Origin: Eledone cirrhosa
Lineage: Eukaryota
Direction of reading: 5' to 3'
Length of the DNA: 64,000 nucleotides
Assembly: GCA_964016885.1 (NCBI GenBank)
Contig: CAXHJY010001656.1
Location: forward strand, 33,379-97,378
In this document: in pieces, positions 12,289 to 25,287 of the stretch
Numbering within the stretch: the stretch's first letter is position 1
Layout of the letters: each line of letters begins with the position of its first letter
Notes under the pieces: generated by a model
What the model saw: the letters and a program-made list of their open reading frames with translations, nothing else
Databases searched by the model: none
What the model was told of the DNA's origin: nothing
Program-made: the position numbers and the translations under genes

Positions 12289-12481
12289 TAGGAAAAAGTA
12301 TGACCCCGACGGTAGAGCTCAAGCCGTTTCGACGACTATTTCTAGTCCAGAAATAGCCGTCGAAACGGCTTGAGCTCTGCCGTCGGGGTCATACTTTTTC
12401 CTATTACCCACTCTACTACCCTAAGTATTGAGTACTTTGGTGCGTTATGGTCCATCTGGTTCCTTACCACAATTCCTTCGC
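12289..12481 (+). mobile_element. TA-adjacent hairpin-plus-tail element, youngest-looking copy
   Basis: ~55-bp arms with only two mismatches (12289-12403), plus the full tail. Confidence 0.9.
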
Positions 12482-12716
12482 TATATATATAGGACAATTT
12501 CTAAACAACTCACCCACTAAACCTTAACCATCATCATTGTCATCACCGTCAACAATAACAATATAAGCATAAATAATAAATCATGATAACAACACCAACT
12601 TTGTGAAAGGAGGAGTAGAGAAAGATAGATACTTGTTGATAAGTATCTATTTTATAGTCATCCACTCTCTCTTTCTCCCTCCCTCTCTTTCTCTGTATAT
12701 CTATATATGTGCCTAG

Positions 12717-12800
<84 letters not shown>

Positions 12801-13174
12801 AACTTTTACCTAGTACTATATATATATATATGTATATACACACACACACACATTGACTGACTGACTGACAGAAAAGTTTGTTGGCAAATCCAGCTATCCT
12901 TCCTCCCCAACTCTGCCCAGCCCAACACACCACCACAACCTCCATCACCACACATCACACATCACACATCTTACACACACCCTCATTACAAACTATTCAG
13001 GAGGAATTGGCTTATGAAACGTTAAAAGGTGGATGGATACTTTCAAAGAAAATTCGAACAATTAATATCTCGAAAGACAGATAACTGGATTTTACGCATT
13101 TTATATATTTATAAACTTATTCACGAACGAATCTCATATATGTATATATATATTATATATATACATACAATCAA

Positions 13175-13216
13175 TGTCTGAAGAGCCGGCGGCACGTTGG
13201 GGAAACTAAAGCAACA
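13175..13216 (+). ncRNA. Degenerate minimal hammerhead motif
   Basis: tgt-CTGAAGA-g ccggcg/cgttgg g-GAAAC-taaa-GCA-aca. The conserved U of the cleavage triplet is mutated. Lies between TA tracts. Confidence 0.5.
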
Positions 13217-15844
13217 GGCAAATGGATCTTAGCCTTTATAAAAATCGATAAATCTCTACTGTGGGATTAAGTATCCCCTTTAGCGTCCGACAATACTGAC
13301 GGATATATAAATAAATAAATATATATATATATATATATATACCTTACTGTGGTTAACCCCGATTGAACCCGGGATAAACTTATATATATAATATACAATT
13401 ATATATATATATATATATATATACAATTGGTCTATACGTTTACTTACAAAACAACCAGGATGTTTAAACATGTGTGAATGAAAAGTTGGAAACTTTCTAG
13501 TTGAAAAAGTTGGATTAACTTATACAAGCGAGTGATCAGCGAATTACAAATTTTGTTTATTTATTTCTCACACAAGGAATGTAACGATTATAAGGAAAAC
13601 GAAACAACGAAGTTACTACTATGTTTGGAATTTGTTTACTTTTAAACAGGATAAATTTACATATTGGATTATTATAATAACCCACGATGGATTTATTTAC
13701 CGTAATGTTTTTTTGTTATTAATCTCAACTGAAAAAAAAAAATCCTCAACTCACAAATACATACACGCACACACCTACACACATACACACACAACATATT
13801 TTATGTTGTATATGTGTAGATATTTATATATATAATATATAAATGCATCTATTTATATAGATCCTTTATGTGTGAATTATACATAAATACATATATAATC
13901 ATTTAGATTTTCTTTTTATTGTTTTTATTTTGCACAAGTAAGGAAATTTCCTATATCAATAATTAAGCATTATGTAGACACACACACACGCTCACACACG
14001 CGCACACACACACACACACATACATACACACTGAATTTATAGCAACAAGTTTGTTTAGAAAAGTTAAGAAAACATACAAAATCAAGAAGAAAACACGTGA
14101 AGTACCCCAACCTCCCTCACATCACCCACATCTTATTTCTATCTCTTTCTAAGCACATCATCATCATCATCATCATCATATCTCCAGCATCTTGAAGTGT
14201 TTATATTATCTCTCTCTCACCACCTCTCTTTCTATCTGTCTACTTATATCTATATATATATATTTGTGTATGTATGTATGTGTGTTGCATGAAGTTGATA
14301 AAAATATAATTTTTATCACATGGTATATCTAATTAATTAATTAATTAATTGATATCGAATCGTTCAATTAATTAACCAACTACTCAATCAAGTATTTTAA
14401 TAATTTATTTATTTTTGTATTTCTGTGGTTGTTCTTATAGTGTCCTTTGTTTTTGTAATAGATGCTGTTGTTGTTGTTGTCAATGCCAATATCATTCACT
14501 TTGACATCGTTATCATCATCATCATCGCCGTCGTTATTATCATTGCCATCATCGTCATCATCCTTTTTTTTTTCATTAGCCTTATCGTTCTGAATTCATT
14601 TACTAACAAACTTTCACCAACCAGCTAATCATCCAACGAAACTTCTATAGCTACACTCACACACGCACACACACACACACAGACAATTCACAAACACACT
14701 TATAATATATATGTGTGTGAGTGTGAGTATGTTTGTGTGTATTTATCTTCATACATGTAAATATTTATTATAATAAAAAAAAAAAGAAGGGAAAAATATA
14801 TTTTTTAAAAATAGTAAAACATCTCCCACGTCCCCCCTTTTTATTCTCTCTGTCTACACGTTTCTCGTCCTCATCCCCACCGCCTCCTTACCAACTTGTG
14901 CTGGTCAGAATGGCCCTTTTCTCTGACAATCTTTTACCAAAGTACCCTGTTCGATTTACTGCTTGGATATGTACCCTGGTTGTGGTGATATAGAAATACT
15001 GTATCGATTCTTCCATGCTTCGAAAGTGAAATGGATTTTGTCATTCTCAAAGTGAGTATACATTGAGACCACCTTTATTATTCTATATTCTATTATATTA
15101 TTTTATATTATATTATTCTGTATTATATTATACTATATTATACTATATTATATATGTATATCTCTTGTTTATTTATGTAATCCTGTGTTTTTGTTTAAAT
15201 TGGTCAAAGATGGAAAGGAGTGCTCTAATTTTTTTCAGTGTCTCCGAAATTGTGGGTAGGTCAAGGAGTGAGTTATCGTTATGTCTGACACCTGATCCGA
15301 ATACTTGCAACATAGGTAACTCCACTAAAGTTACCCTAAGATCAAGTGGACTGTGGTTTAAATCACTTAACTGATATAATGTCTACTATCATCCAAAAAC
15401 TCTGAATCTATCCATCACCGTGGAGTGGTAGATTTCATTTTAAAAAGAAATAAAGCCGATCGTTAAATCAGACCAATGGAAACGGTGCTTCCATAATGGA
15501 AACGAAGCTTCCATTGGTCTTCCATTGTCGATACTATCTGTCCCTAGCAACTCCTGGTAGAAGAAGCAACGCGTAATAAAATATTTTGCTCAATAAGACA
15601 ACTCGCCGCCCGGTCTATGAATCGAACTCACGACCTTGTTGTGATAATGAGTCCAACACCTTAACCAAAAAGATGACAGGTAAAATTAAAAGTTGCCTTT
15701 TGCTGGAGTTAAACTCGTGAGTGCAGTCTACACGAAGGAATACAACAAAGTATTTTGTCCTGTACCGTAATAAATCCAATTCAGCAAAATTTCGTAAATC
15801 AAAATACATAGGATTTCATGAAATTATATGAATTATTAAGAAAG

Positions 15845-16034
15845 GGCGGTGGATTGGCAGTATCAGTAGAGGGTCGGACGCCATGCTTTCCAGCATAGTT
15901 ACGTCCCTTTACGATCTGAGTTCAAATCCCGCCGAGGTTGACTTTGCCTTTCATCCTTACGGGGTCGATAAAATAAAGTACCAGTAATGCACTGGTTAAT
16001 TGCTAGCCTTGTGCCTAAAGTAGAGACAATTATT
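15845..16034 (+). mobile_element. Full-length SINE family A with 14-bp target-site duplication
   Basis: ggcggtggattggcag head to aattatt tail. aattattaagaaag occurs at 15831-15844 and 16028-16041. Confidence 0.92.
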
Positions 16035-16917
16035 AAGAAAGTTATGAGATAGGGAATCTTTGACAATAGAGCTTGAAATAAGAAAACAAAAATATCTCGT
16101 CTGATACACATTAGGTTTCAGATTAGGGCTAGGGTTAGAGTTCGTTACACTTGGGAACGAGATGGTCTAGTTGTTGGGGTATTAAATTCACGATGTTAGG
16201 TCGTGGGTACAATTCCTGGACTGGGCGGTGAGTTGTGTTCTTGAACAAGACACTTATTTCACATTGCTTTTCATGATAGGACTGTATACTTTCTCATCAA
16301 AACCACCATAGAAACCTCTCAATGTGATGCAACCTGGTAAGAGACCAACTAAACCTGTATTGCTGTGAGCTGTAAATTTTATTTCAATTTTCAGCGTTGG
16401 GTTTTGTTAGGGTTAAGACTTCCTTGTCCGCTCGCGCGCGCGCGTGTGTATATGAGAGAGAGAGAGAGAGGGGGGGGGGGGTCATGCTCAATGAATTCTG
16501 TAAACCAGGGAAGATATTTTAATTTTCTTATTTCAAGCCCTGTTGTCAGTGGTACCTGTAGTATTCTGTCTTGATTTTAAAGACAACAATTCTTCGATTC
16601 GAGTAAATTTGAGTGTTGAGAATGTCTCGATATAATCTGGTCTAAGGTAGTTTTGCTTGATATAAGCTGCTCTAAGGTAGTCTCGCTTTAAGTTTATACC
16701 AAAGTAGGTACTACCGACACCTTGAGTTGCTGGGAAACATAGAGGATGGGGGTGGGAGTATTGAAAGACAATGGGTAGGATGGGGGTGATTAAAAAGGCA
16801 AGGGAGAAAGGAGGGAGGAAAAGTGCAAAGAATACAAATTACTAGTATTTGCTCGTAAAACTGATATTTTTAGTTATTCAATAAATACTTAAATAAAATA
16901 CGTTGATACAGCAATCA

Positions 16918-17309
16918 TTAGATTCTCGGTTTGATCCCACTGAACGGCATCTTAGACAAGTTCTTTGGTTTAATCTCACTGTATTGCGTCTTAGACAAGT
17001 TCCTCAGTTTAATCCCACTGCAAGGTATCTTAGACAAGTTCCTCGGTTTGATCCCACTGTACGACATCTTAGACAAGTTCTTTGGTTTGATCTCACTGTA
17101 CAACATCTTAGACAAGTTCCTCAGTTTGATCCCACTGCACGGCATCTTAGACAAGTTCCTCAGTTTAATCTCACTGTACTGCGTCTTAGGCAAGTTCCTC
17201 AGTTTGATCCCACTGTACGACATCTTAGACAAGTTCTTTGGTTTGATCTCACTGTACGACATCTTAGACAAGTTCCTCGGTTTGACCCGACTGCACGGCA
17301 TCTTAGACA
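16918..17309. repeat. 39-bp minisatellite, ~10 copies
   Basis: Unit cttagacaagttcctcagtttgatcccactgcacggcat. It gives the 13-aa period in the overlapping ORFs. Confidence 0.95.
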
Positions 17310-17589
17310 GAAATCGATGAAGGTACATTTCAAATAAAATTTTACAAAGGTAAATGTTTACTATTACACCCGTCTCGCTTGGTTTTGGATGCGTTAATGA
17401 AGCGTTTTGAACGAATCGACCATTAAAACCATCAGAAAATATACGATTTCTTTTAGTCAACTAGGAGCGGGGGAACCCTCGGAGTTCACATGTTTGCAGG
17501 AGAACATTAACAATCGTCTCGCTTGGAAGGTGAAATGTATGTTTTTATTATGGTTTTTGATGTGTTTTGAACGAATCGCTGGACATTAT

Positions 17590-17907
17590 GGTGGTGGTCT
17601 TGGTGGTGGTTGTGGAGTCAAGAAGTGGTAGTGGTTTGTGGTGTTTGTGGCTTGTGGTGGTGGCTTGAGGTGGTGGTAGTGATGGTGGCTTATGAGAGAT
17701 CAAAATCTGTTTGTACATGTGTTTGTGCTTGTATACATCTATATGTATGCTTGTGTGTTCCTGTGTATGGATATATGTATATATATTTGTGTACGTGGTA
17801 AATAATAATTGTTTCTATTTTTGGCACAAGGCCAGCAATTACCCAATGCATTACTGGTACTTTATTTTATCGACCCCGGAAGGATGAAAGGCAAAGTTAA
17901 CCTCGGC
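17590..17907 (-). repeat. ~320-bp near-identical duplicate of ~54575-54892 (truncated SINE plus flank)
   Basis: The ORFs at 17610 and 54595 are almost identical, and the identity continues into the SINE. Confidence 0.92.
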
Positions 17908-18107
17908 TTGGTGACACTAATCAAAATAACAATTATTAAAACTTAAAATTCAATATATAGTTTTGTATCAACTTTACGGTGTGTGTATTTGAGTTGTGTT
18001 GGCGCTGATGAAATATATATCGTTTGTGAAAATCTGGTCTAGTCCAACCAAAAATAGTGTTGTCGAAGGAAATCAATAATTATTTTTTGTCCGCTAGGTG
18101 CTGCAGC

Positions 18108-18430
18108 AATGGCTGTTGTAGTTATGTAGTTTGCTTCGCAACCATGTGGTTCCGGGTTCAGTCTCACTACGTGGCACCTTGGACAAATGTCGTCTATAGC
18201 CTCGGGTTGACTGGTGCCTTGTGAGTGGAAATTGGTTGACAAAAGAAAGTGTAAAAGCCCTTCGTGTGTGTGTGTCGTAACGTAGCGATTCGACAAAACA
18301 AAATCGATAAAATAAGCCTTACTACTACACTTGAAGAAATAAGTACTGAGGTCATTATGATCGACTAAACTCCCTTCAAGGTGTTGCTCCAGCTTGACCA
18401 CAGTCTATTGACTGAAACCAGTAAAAGAAT
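18108..18430 (+). mobile_element. tRNA-derived CORE-like SINE, family B
   Basis: atggctgttgtagttatgtagtttgcttcgcaaccatgtggttccgggttcagtc..ggcaccttggacaa..ccttgtgagtgga. Related copies near 21290-21425(-), 37122-37265(+), 57955-58115(-), 61510-61655(-) and 63088-63230(+). Confidence 0.8.
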
Positions 18431-18598
18431 ATTCATCAATTGAATGAGACGGATGACACCTCTCATTCGCAATGTCTTCATAACCTAACAGAACAGAACA
18501 AACAAGAAAACTAAGGGTAAAAAACATACCTTGCAACTGTAAGGATATGGTTATTTCATACAGAGTAGGGGATATGGAGTTAAAGAAAGGAAATGGAG

Positions 18599-18930
18599 CT
18601 TCTTCTTCTTCACCCTTTATTCCTGGAAGGGTCGTGGAGGCAGAGACCTCAAACATGCCGTCCAGTGGGTCTTTTCAGAAGCAACTATCTCCAACTAATC
18701 AGGCAGGATCCCCCAAACATGCCGTTCAGTGGGTCCTTTCAGAAGCAACCATCTCCAACTTATCAGGCAGGATCCCCAAACAAGACTAACCGAGCTTATG
18801 TTTGTTATCCAACCATTTTGCTCGGCGTCTACCTCTGGATCTCCCGCCGGTTGATTTAGCCCGTAACATTCAGTTTACGGAAATGGAGCAAATTAAGAAC
18901 ATATAAATGCCCGAATGTGATAACGCATGG
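18599..18930 (-). mobile_element. RTE-clade (Expander/Rex3-like) LINE 3' end, degenerate, with an internal 63/64-bp tandem duplication
   Basis: Minus translation FGHL...KSTGGRSRGRRRAKWLDN..LGILPDKLEMVASERTH*..LPPRP, followed by a (GAA)n tail. The duplication spans 18651-18782. Confidence 0.8.
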
Positions 18931-19102
18931 CGTCGTTGTTTGATTTCAATGTTTAGTATTTGGGGAAAGTGCCATTTGCCATAAACTCGGTACAATCCAA
19001 GCTGTGTGTATGGGTAGTGTTTGGAAGTTCGTCTGGTAGATTTTACAGGTAATTCAAAGGGCCAGCCTTGTTATACGATGTCATGCTGAATTTCCCCGAG
19101 AA

Positions 19103-19540
19103 TCTAAACTATAATAAAGTAAGGAGCGCGGGACTGCGTACGGTTTATAATTTGTTATCCCGTTAGTAAAATAAGTTGGATCTAAATTTCGTGGCTGTTC
19201 ATTAAATATATTTTATTATTTATTTAAAGATTCACTTCTTTAAAATTTTCAAATGTCAACACTTCCGGTGGCGATCGCTTAAATAAACATACTAATTTTC
19301 TGTCACTAATTTTCTCCTAATGCAGTTTATATATAATATCGTCTTTTTTAATATATCATGGATTACGTTACTGATTACATCAGAGAGTGTAACTCAGTCT
19401 TCGTTCAATTTCTGTGTATATTGTCAATTACGATTTTATTTGATGTATCATATCTACATACATATATACCTACGTATAATATCAATATACACACTACACA
19501 TGCTAGCAGAAAACGACCCGAAGGGTGGTTTTTCTGATAG
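19103..19540 (+). mobile_element. Non-autonomous Helitron-like element, copy 1
   Basis: Starts A|TC (tctaaactataataaag). Ends in hairpin cagaaaacgacccgaagggtggtttttctg plus ATAG|T (CTAG in copy 2). No TSD. Inverted homolog at 42242-42989. Confidence 0.8.
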
Positions 19541-19853
19541 TTACATTAAAGGTGCTACGGATAGTGGAATGCTCAGCCACTTTCACGTTAATGTCACTAG
19601 CAGACTGTACCATTGATATAATTGTTTCTACTTTTGGCACAAGGCAAGCAATTAACCCAGGGTATTACTGGTACTTTATTTTATCGACCCCGTAAGGATG
19701 AAAAGCAAAGTTAACCAGTTAATAACTGGAAAACACACATCGCCGAAACTGACTGAGATTTATTCCCATATTAAATCCTAGATATGAATAGAATTCATAA
19801 TGTGCATATCTGTGTTGTGTGTATATATGTATTCATATAGATGTGTGTGTATG

Positions 19854-19897
<44 letters not shown>

Positions 19898-20221
19898 CAC
19901 ATATGTATACACACACACACACACATATATATAGTTATGTATGTGTGGTTTATGCTATACGTACGACTGCTTCTTACCCCCATGATGTGTTTATATAATA
20001 ATTCGGCGGTATATACATATGCCCATATATGTAATACTTATTGCTTGGCACAGGGTATTTGGTGCGTGAGTGCAGGGCAGCTGTTTTACCTTCCATACGC
20101 ACATACTCTCATACATATATACTCGCACACACACACACATTTGTTGATTTTTCACCATATCAGTCAATGATAGATGGACGGGGTAGTAGTGGAAACTGAC
20201 TTTCATGCCGTTCCCATGGGC

Positions 20222-20546
20222 ATTAGGTTAGCTTTGCCTTTCATCCTGACAGGGTCGATAAAACAAAGTACCAGTAACAAACTGAGGTCGATTTAATAGA
20301 CTTCCTCCTCTCCCAAAAATGTGTTGGCCTTGTGCCTATATCAGAAACGGTTATTATTATCGGTAGAGCGTCTGACATGTTTTGCGGTGTATAGTTACGT
20401 CCTTTTACGTTATGAGTTCAAATCCCTCTCAGGTTAGCTTTGCCTTTCATACTTACTGGGTCGATAAAATAAAGTACCAGTAACGCACTGGAGTCGATTT
20501 AATCTACTTCCTCCCCACCCCACCAAATTGTTGGCCTTGTGCCTAA
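20222..20546 (+). mobile_element. Two head-to-tail SINE family A copies
   Basis: Two aggttagctttgcctttcat..gtcgataaaa..ggccttgtgccta units. Confidence 0.85.
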
Positions 20547-21444
20547 ATCGTCCGTTACAGTGCGTTTAATTAAAATTATTTATGTTCTGTGCAGACTTCT
20601 AGGGTTTTCCAAACACAACTGCTCAAGCAAACAGTCTCTTTATTTCCGTCCAAACACATCACATTTATATATGTTTGAATATGTGCCTGTCCTCACACAA
20701 ACACACACAAACATATATATATATATATATATACACATACACACCCACACTATAATTTTGCACTGGTGTGCAAAGTCATTGCTAAAAAGGACTCAATACA
20801 GCCATAGAATGAATAAGAATAATTTAAACTTAGTTCGCCTATATAATATATCTTGTGTGTGCGTGTGTGCTACTGGGTTGTTAATGAAAAGCCATCGTGA
20901 AGATAAAAAGCGTTCATTAGGTCGGAGTGTCTGTTAAGTTGCAGGCAACAGTTAAAGAGACCATTTTAATACACGCTATATACGAAACAGCAGTTAGTTA
21001 TGTATCGTTGTTTCTTTGTAAATATTCTGGTTATATCATTTATTATATACTATCTAAATTAATATGAAGTATTTTTTTCTTTTATTCTTTTGCTGGCTTC
21101 AGTCTTTAGACTACGGCCATGCAACAGCACTGTCTTAAAGTCGACCATGTTGACTCCTGTAGATATTTTTATATCTGTTAATTATTTTATCGATTTTTTT
21201 TTTGTCGAACTGCTAACTTATTAAGCATAACCGGAGACTAACATAAACACACACACACACACACACACACACCACATACACATGCAGATCCATCTACCAA
21301 ATTTCACACATAAGGCTGATTGATTGATTGGAGGCTATACTAGGAGAGACTTGTCCAAGGTTCCATGCAGTGGGACAGAAACCCCAACCACGAGGTTGCA
21401 AAGTGAACGCCTTAATCACACAACCAAACTTACGTCCATTATAA

Positions 21445-21615
21445 TCGGTAGAGCGACGAACAACATGCTTTGCAGCATAGTTACGGCCCTTTACGGTTTG
21501 AGTTCAAATCCCGCCGAGGTTAACTTTGCCTTTCATCCTTACGAGGTCGATAAAATAAAGTACCAGTGGTGCACTGGAGTAATTGCTGGCTTTGTGCCAA
21601 AAGTAGAAACCATTA
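21445..21615 (+). mobile_element. SINE family A
   Basis: gagttcaaatcccgccgaggttaactttgcctttcatcc..gtagaaaccatt. Confidence 0.9.
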
Positions 21616-21679
21616 AAATTTAATTGTTCTGTATTGTATGCTTGCTTGCAACACTTAATTCCGAAGTGTAGTGTATATG

Positions 21680-21912
21680 TGTATGATAAGGTGTGTGTGT
21701 GTATGTGTCTGATAAGGTGTGTGTGTGTATGTGTCTGATAAGGTTTGTGTGTGTGTGTGTCTGATAAGGTTTGTGTGTGTATGTGTATCATAAGGTTTGT
21801 GTGTGTGTGTGTGTCTCAAGGTTTGTGTGTGTATGTGTATCATAAGGTTTGTGTGTGATGTGTGTGTGTGTGTGTGTGTGTGTGTGTCTGATAGGGTTTA
21901 TGTGTATGATAG
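21680..21912. repeat. GT-rich minisatellite
   Basis: Recurring ataaggtttgtgtgtg units. Confidence 0.8.
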
Positions 21913-22108
21913 GGTATATTGGGATAGATCGGTGGGTATGTTGAATACATTGGCGTGTCTGTGTTGGCATATCTCGATGTATGTGTTTGTGTGTGTATAT
22001 GTGTGTTAGACAACATCGTTAAACTTGTTTGTGCTTTAATAGATCGATAGTGACCGAAAAGAGCGATGTTTTTTAATTTGATTTGCTTACTATATTGTCT
22101 AGACGATT

Positions 22109-22109
<1 letters not shown>

Positions 22110-22156
<47 letters not shown>

Positions 22157-22670
22157 TGTTGTGTGTGTGTATATATATATGTATATATATATATGTGTGT
22201 ATGTATGCATGTATATATATATGTGTGTATGTATGCATGTATATATATATATATGTGTATGTATGTATGTATGTATATATATATGTGTATATATGTATAT
22301 ATATATGTATATATATATGTGTATGTATGTATATATGTGTATGTATGTATATATATATGTGTATGTATATGTATATATATATATGTGTATGTATGTATAT
22401 ATATATGTGTATGTATATGTATATATATATATATATGTATAATGTGTGTATGTATATGTATATATATCTATCTATGTATATATATGTGTATGTATGTATA
22501 TATATATGTGTATGAATGTTTATATATATATGTATGTATATATATATGTGTGTATGTATATGTATATATATCTAACTATGTATATATATATCTATCTATG
22601 TATATATATATATATCTATGTATATATATGTGTATGTATGTATATATGTATGTATGTATATATATATATG

Positions 22671-22709
<39 letters not shown>

Positions 22710-22773
22710 ATATATATGTGTATGTATATATGTATATATATATATATGTGTATGTATATATGTATATATATAT

Positions 22774-22833
<60 letters not shown>

Positions 22834-22934
22834 GTATATATATATGTATGTATATATATATGTATGTATATATATATATATATATGTATGTATATATATA
22901 TATATATATATGTATGTATATATATATATGTATG

Positions 22935-22966
<32 letters not shown>

Positions 22967-22990
22967 TATGTATGTATATATCTATGTATG

Positions 22991-23062
<72 letters not shown>

Positions 23063-23278
23063 CGTGTGTGTGTGTGTATGTATGTATGTGTGTGTGTGTA
23101 GTAGATAAGAGAAAGAGAGAAATAAGCCTGTGTCTGTGTGTAAGATTGCGTGTGTATGCTGCAAGGTCTTGACACCAGTCGATGCTTAGAATACATCGAA
23201 ACGGCTTAGAACGTGCACTCTCTCTCTCTCTCTCTCCGTCTCTCTCCGTCTCTCTCCGTCTCTCTTTCTCTCTCTCTC

Positions 23279-23340
<62 letters not shown>
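22110..23340. repeat. Compound (TA)n/(TATG)n array followed by (CT)n
   Basis: Direct reading. Confidence 0.97.
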
Positions 23341-23343
<3 letters not shown>

Positions 23344-23837
23344 GTATCTAGGAGAGACAACGTTTTGTTTGGGTATGTGTCTAAATTTCACTCTGCACGT
23401 TCAAATGTTGCCAGGGTTTGCTTTGCTTTTCATCTTCCGCCTGTTAGTTAGTATATTATCTTCTCAGTCGGGTGAAGCTCAAGGTTTTAAGCCAATCCTT
23501 CCGACACCCTAACAATAAATGCCAGCTAGCCGCTACTCCACTGTGTTACTCTATTAATCGGTCCCGAAAGCAAAGCTGATCTTAGCGAGATTTGAATTCA
23601 TGTTTGCAGAGAGACGGATCAAATATTGCAAGTTATCTAATGCAACTGTCTAACATCAAGATTATACCAGTTTTAAACTAGTAAGACCATTATTCAGCAG
23701 AGTACTCGGTACTTGGGATAGTAGAGTGTAAATATAGTAGAGTTTCAGGGCCCGACGGCCGTTTTCACAGCAAATTCCAAATGGCAAGAGCTCAGCCATC
23801 TCTACTATATATATATATATACATATATATATATAAA

Positions 23838-24133
23838 AGTAGTTGCACAACAGTTAATTCACCATTTCCGAGAACAATTTCACCTTAGTCGGATCATCAG
23901 CTCGGTTTACAAAAAAAAAGAATTTTAAATTGAGCTGATCATCTGATTAAGATGAAACAATTGTTCTCGGAAGTGGTGAATTAACTGTTGTGGAACTACT
24001 TCTACCAAAGTCGTCCCATTAGTAGAACACTGGTGGTGGGTTATATCCGTAACTAGAGCACTCAGTCCATGGGACGACTTTGGTAGAAGTAGTTCCACAA
24101 CAGTTAATTCACCACTTCCGAGAACAATTGTTT
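23838..24133. mobile_element. Three alternating-orientation (+/-/+) fragments of a Penelope-like terminal repeat with a hammerhead motif
   Basis: 23838-23907, 23930-24020 (inverted) and 24053-24133 share gtagttccacaacagttaattcaccacttccgagaacaatt. TA tracts on both flanks. Confidence 0.8.
23930..23970 (+). ncRNA. Minimal type I hammerhead motif with palindromic stem III loop (one core mismatch)
   Basis: ttgag-CTGATCA-tctgattaagat-GAAAC-aatt-GTT-ctcgg. The inverted sister copy has ccgag-CTGATGA. Confidence 0.6.
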
Positions 24134-24146
24134 ATATATATATATA

Positions 24147-24330
24147 TAGGGAAAGAGTCAGGACTCTGGCAACTGAGCTCCGGACGTTTCGACGGCTAGT
24201 CCGGATCTAGGTGTCGAAACGGCCGGAGCTCAGCCGTCGGGGTCCTACCTCTTTTCCTATTATCCACTCTACTACTCTAAGTATTGAGTACACTGTTGCG
24301 TTATGGTCTACCTGGTTTTTTTACCACACC
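24147..24330 (+). mobile_element. TA-embedded hairpin-plus-tail element
   Basis: Palindrome at 24147-24259 with a cgtttcgac/gtcgaaacg core, plus the tail. A minus-strand remnant lies at ~23698-23805. Confidence 0.85.
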
Positions 24331-24444
24331 CTATCTGATTATATCTATATATATGTATAATATATATATATAAACAAGAGCTCATTCTCCAGTCTCCTGT
24401 AAAAAACCATGTTAGAAGGATATTCTCCTCTCTCTCTCTCTCTC

Positions 24445-24626
<182 letters not shown>

Positions 24627-24651
24627 ATATATATATATATATATATGTATG

Positions 24652-24850
<199 letters not shown>

Positions 24851-24899
24851 GTATGTATATATATATATGTATGTATATATGTATGTATATATATATATG

Positions 24900-24930
<31 letters not shown>

Positions 24931-24948
24931 GCATATATATATATGTAT

Positions 24949-24988
<40 letters not shown>

Positions 24989-25037
24989 GTATGTATATAT
25001 ATATATATATATATGTATGTATATATATATATGTATG

Positions 25038-25068
<31 letters not shown>

Positions 25069-25083
25069 ATATATATATGTATG

Positions 25084-25262
<179 letters not shown>

Positions 25263-25287
25263 TGAGAGGAGAATATCCAGGAGAGAT

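Noticed and set aside
15845-15935. tRNA gene-like A/B boxes here and in other copies
   Set aside because: These are SINE heads followed by the SINE body. No cloverleaf was seen.
16121-16142. TTAGGG-like telomeric motif
   Set aside because: Only about three degenerate units, too short to call an interstitial telomere.
16903-17460. Overlapping repetitive ORFs and a CRISPR-like appearance
   Set aside because: This is a contiguous 39-bp tandem repeat with no unique spacers and no cas genes, in a eukaryotic context.
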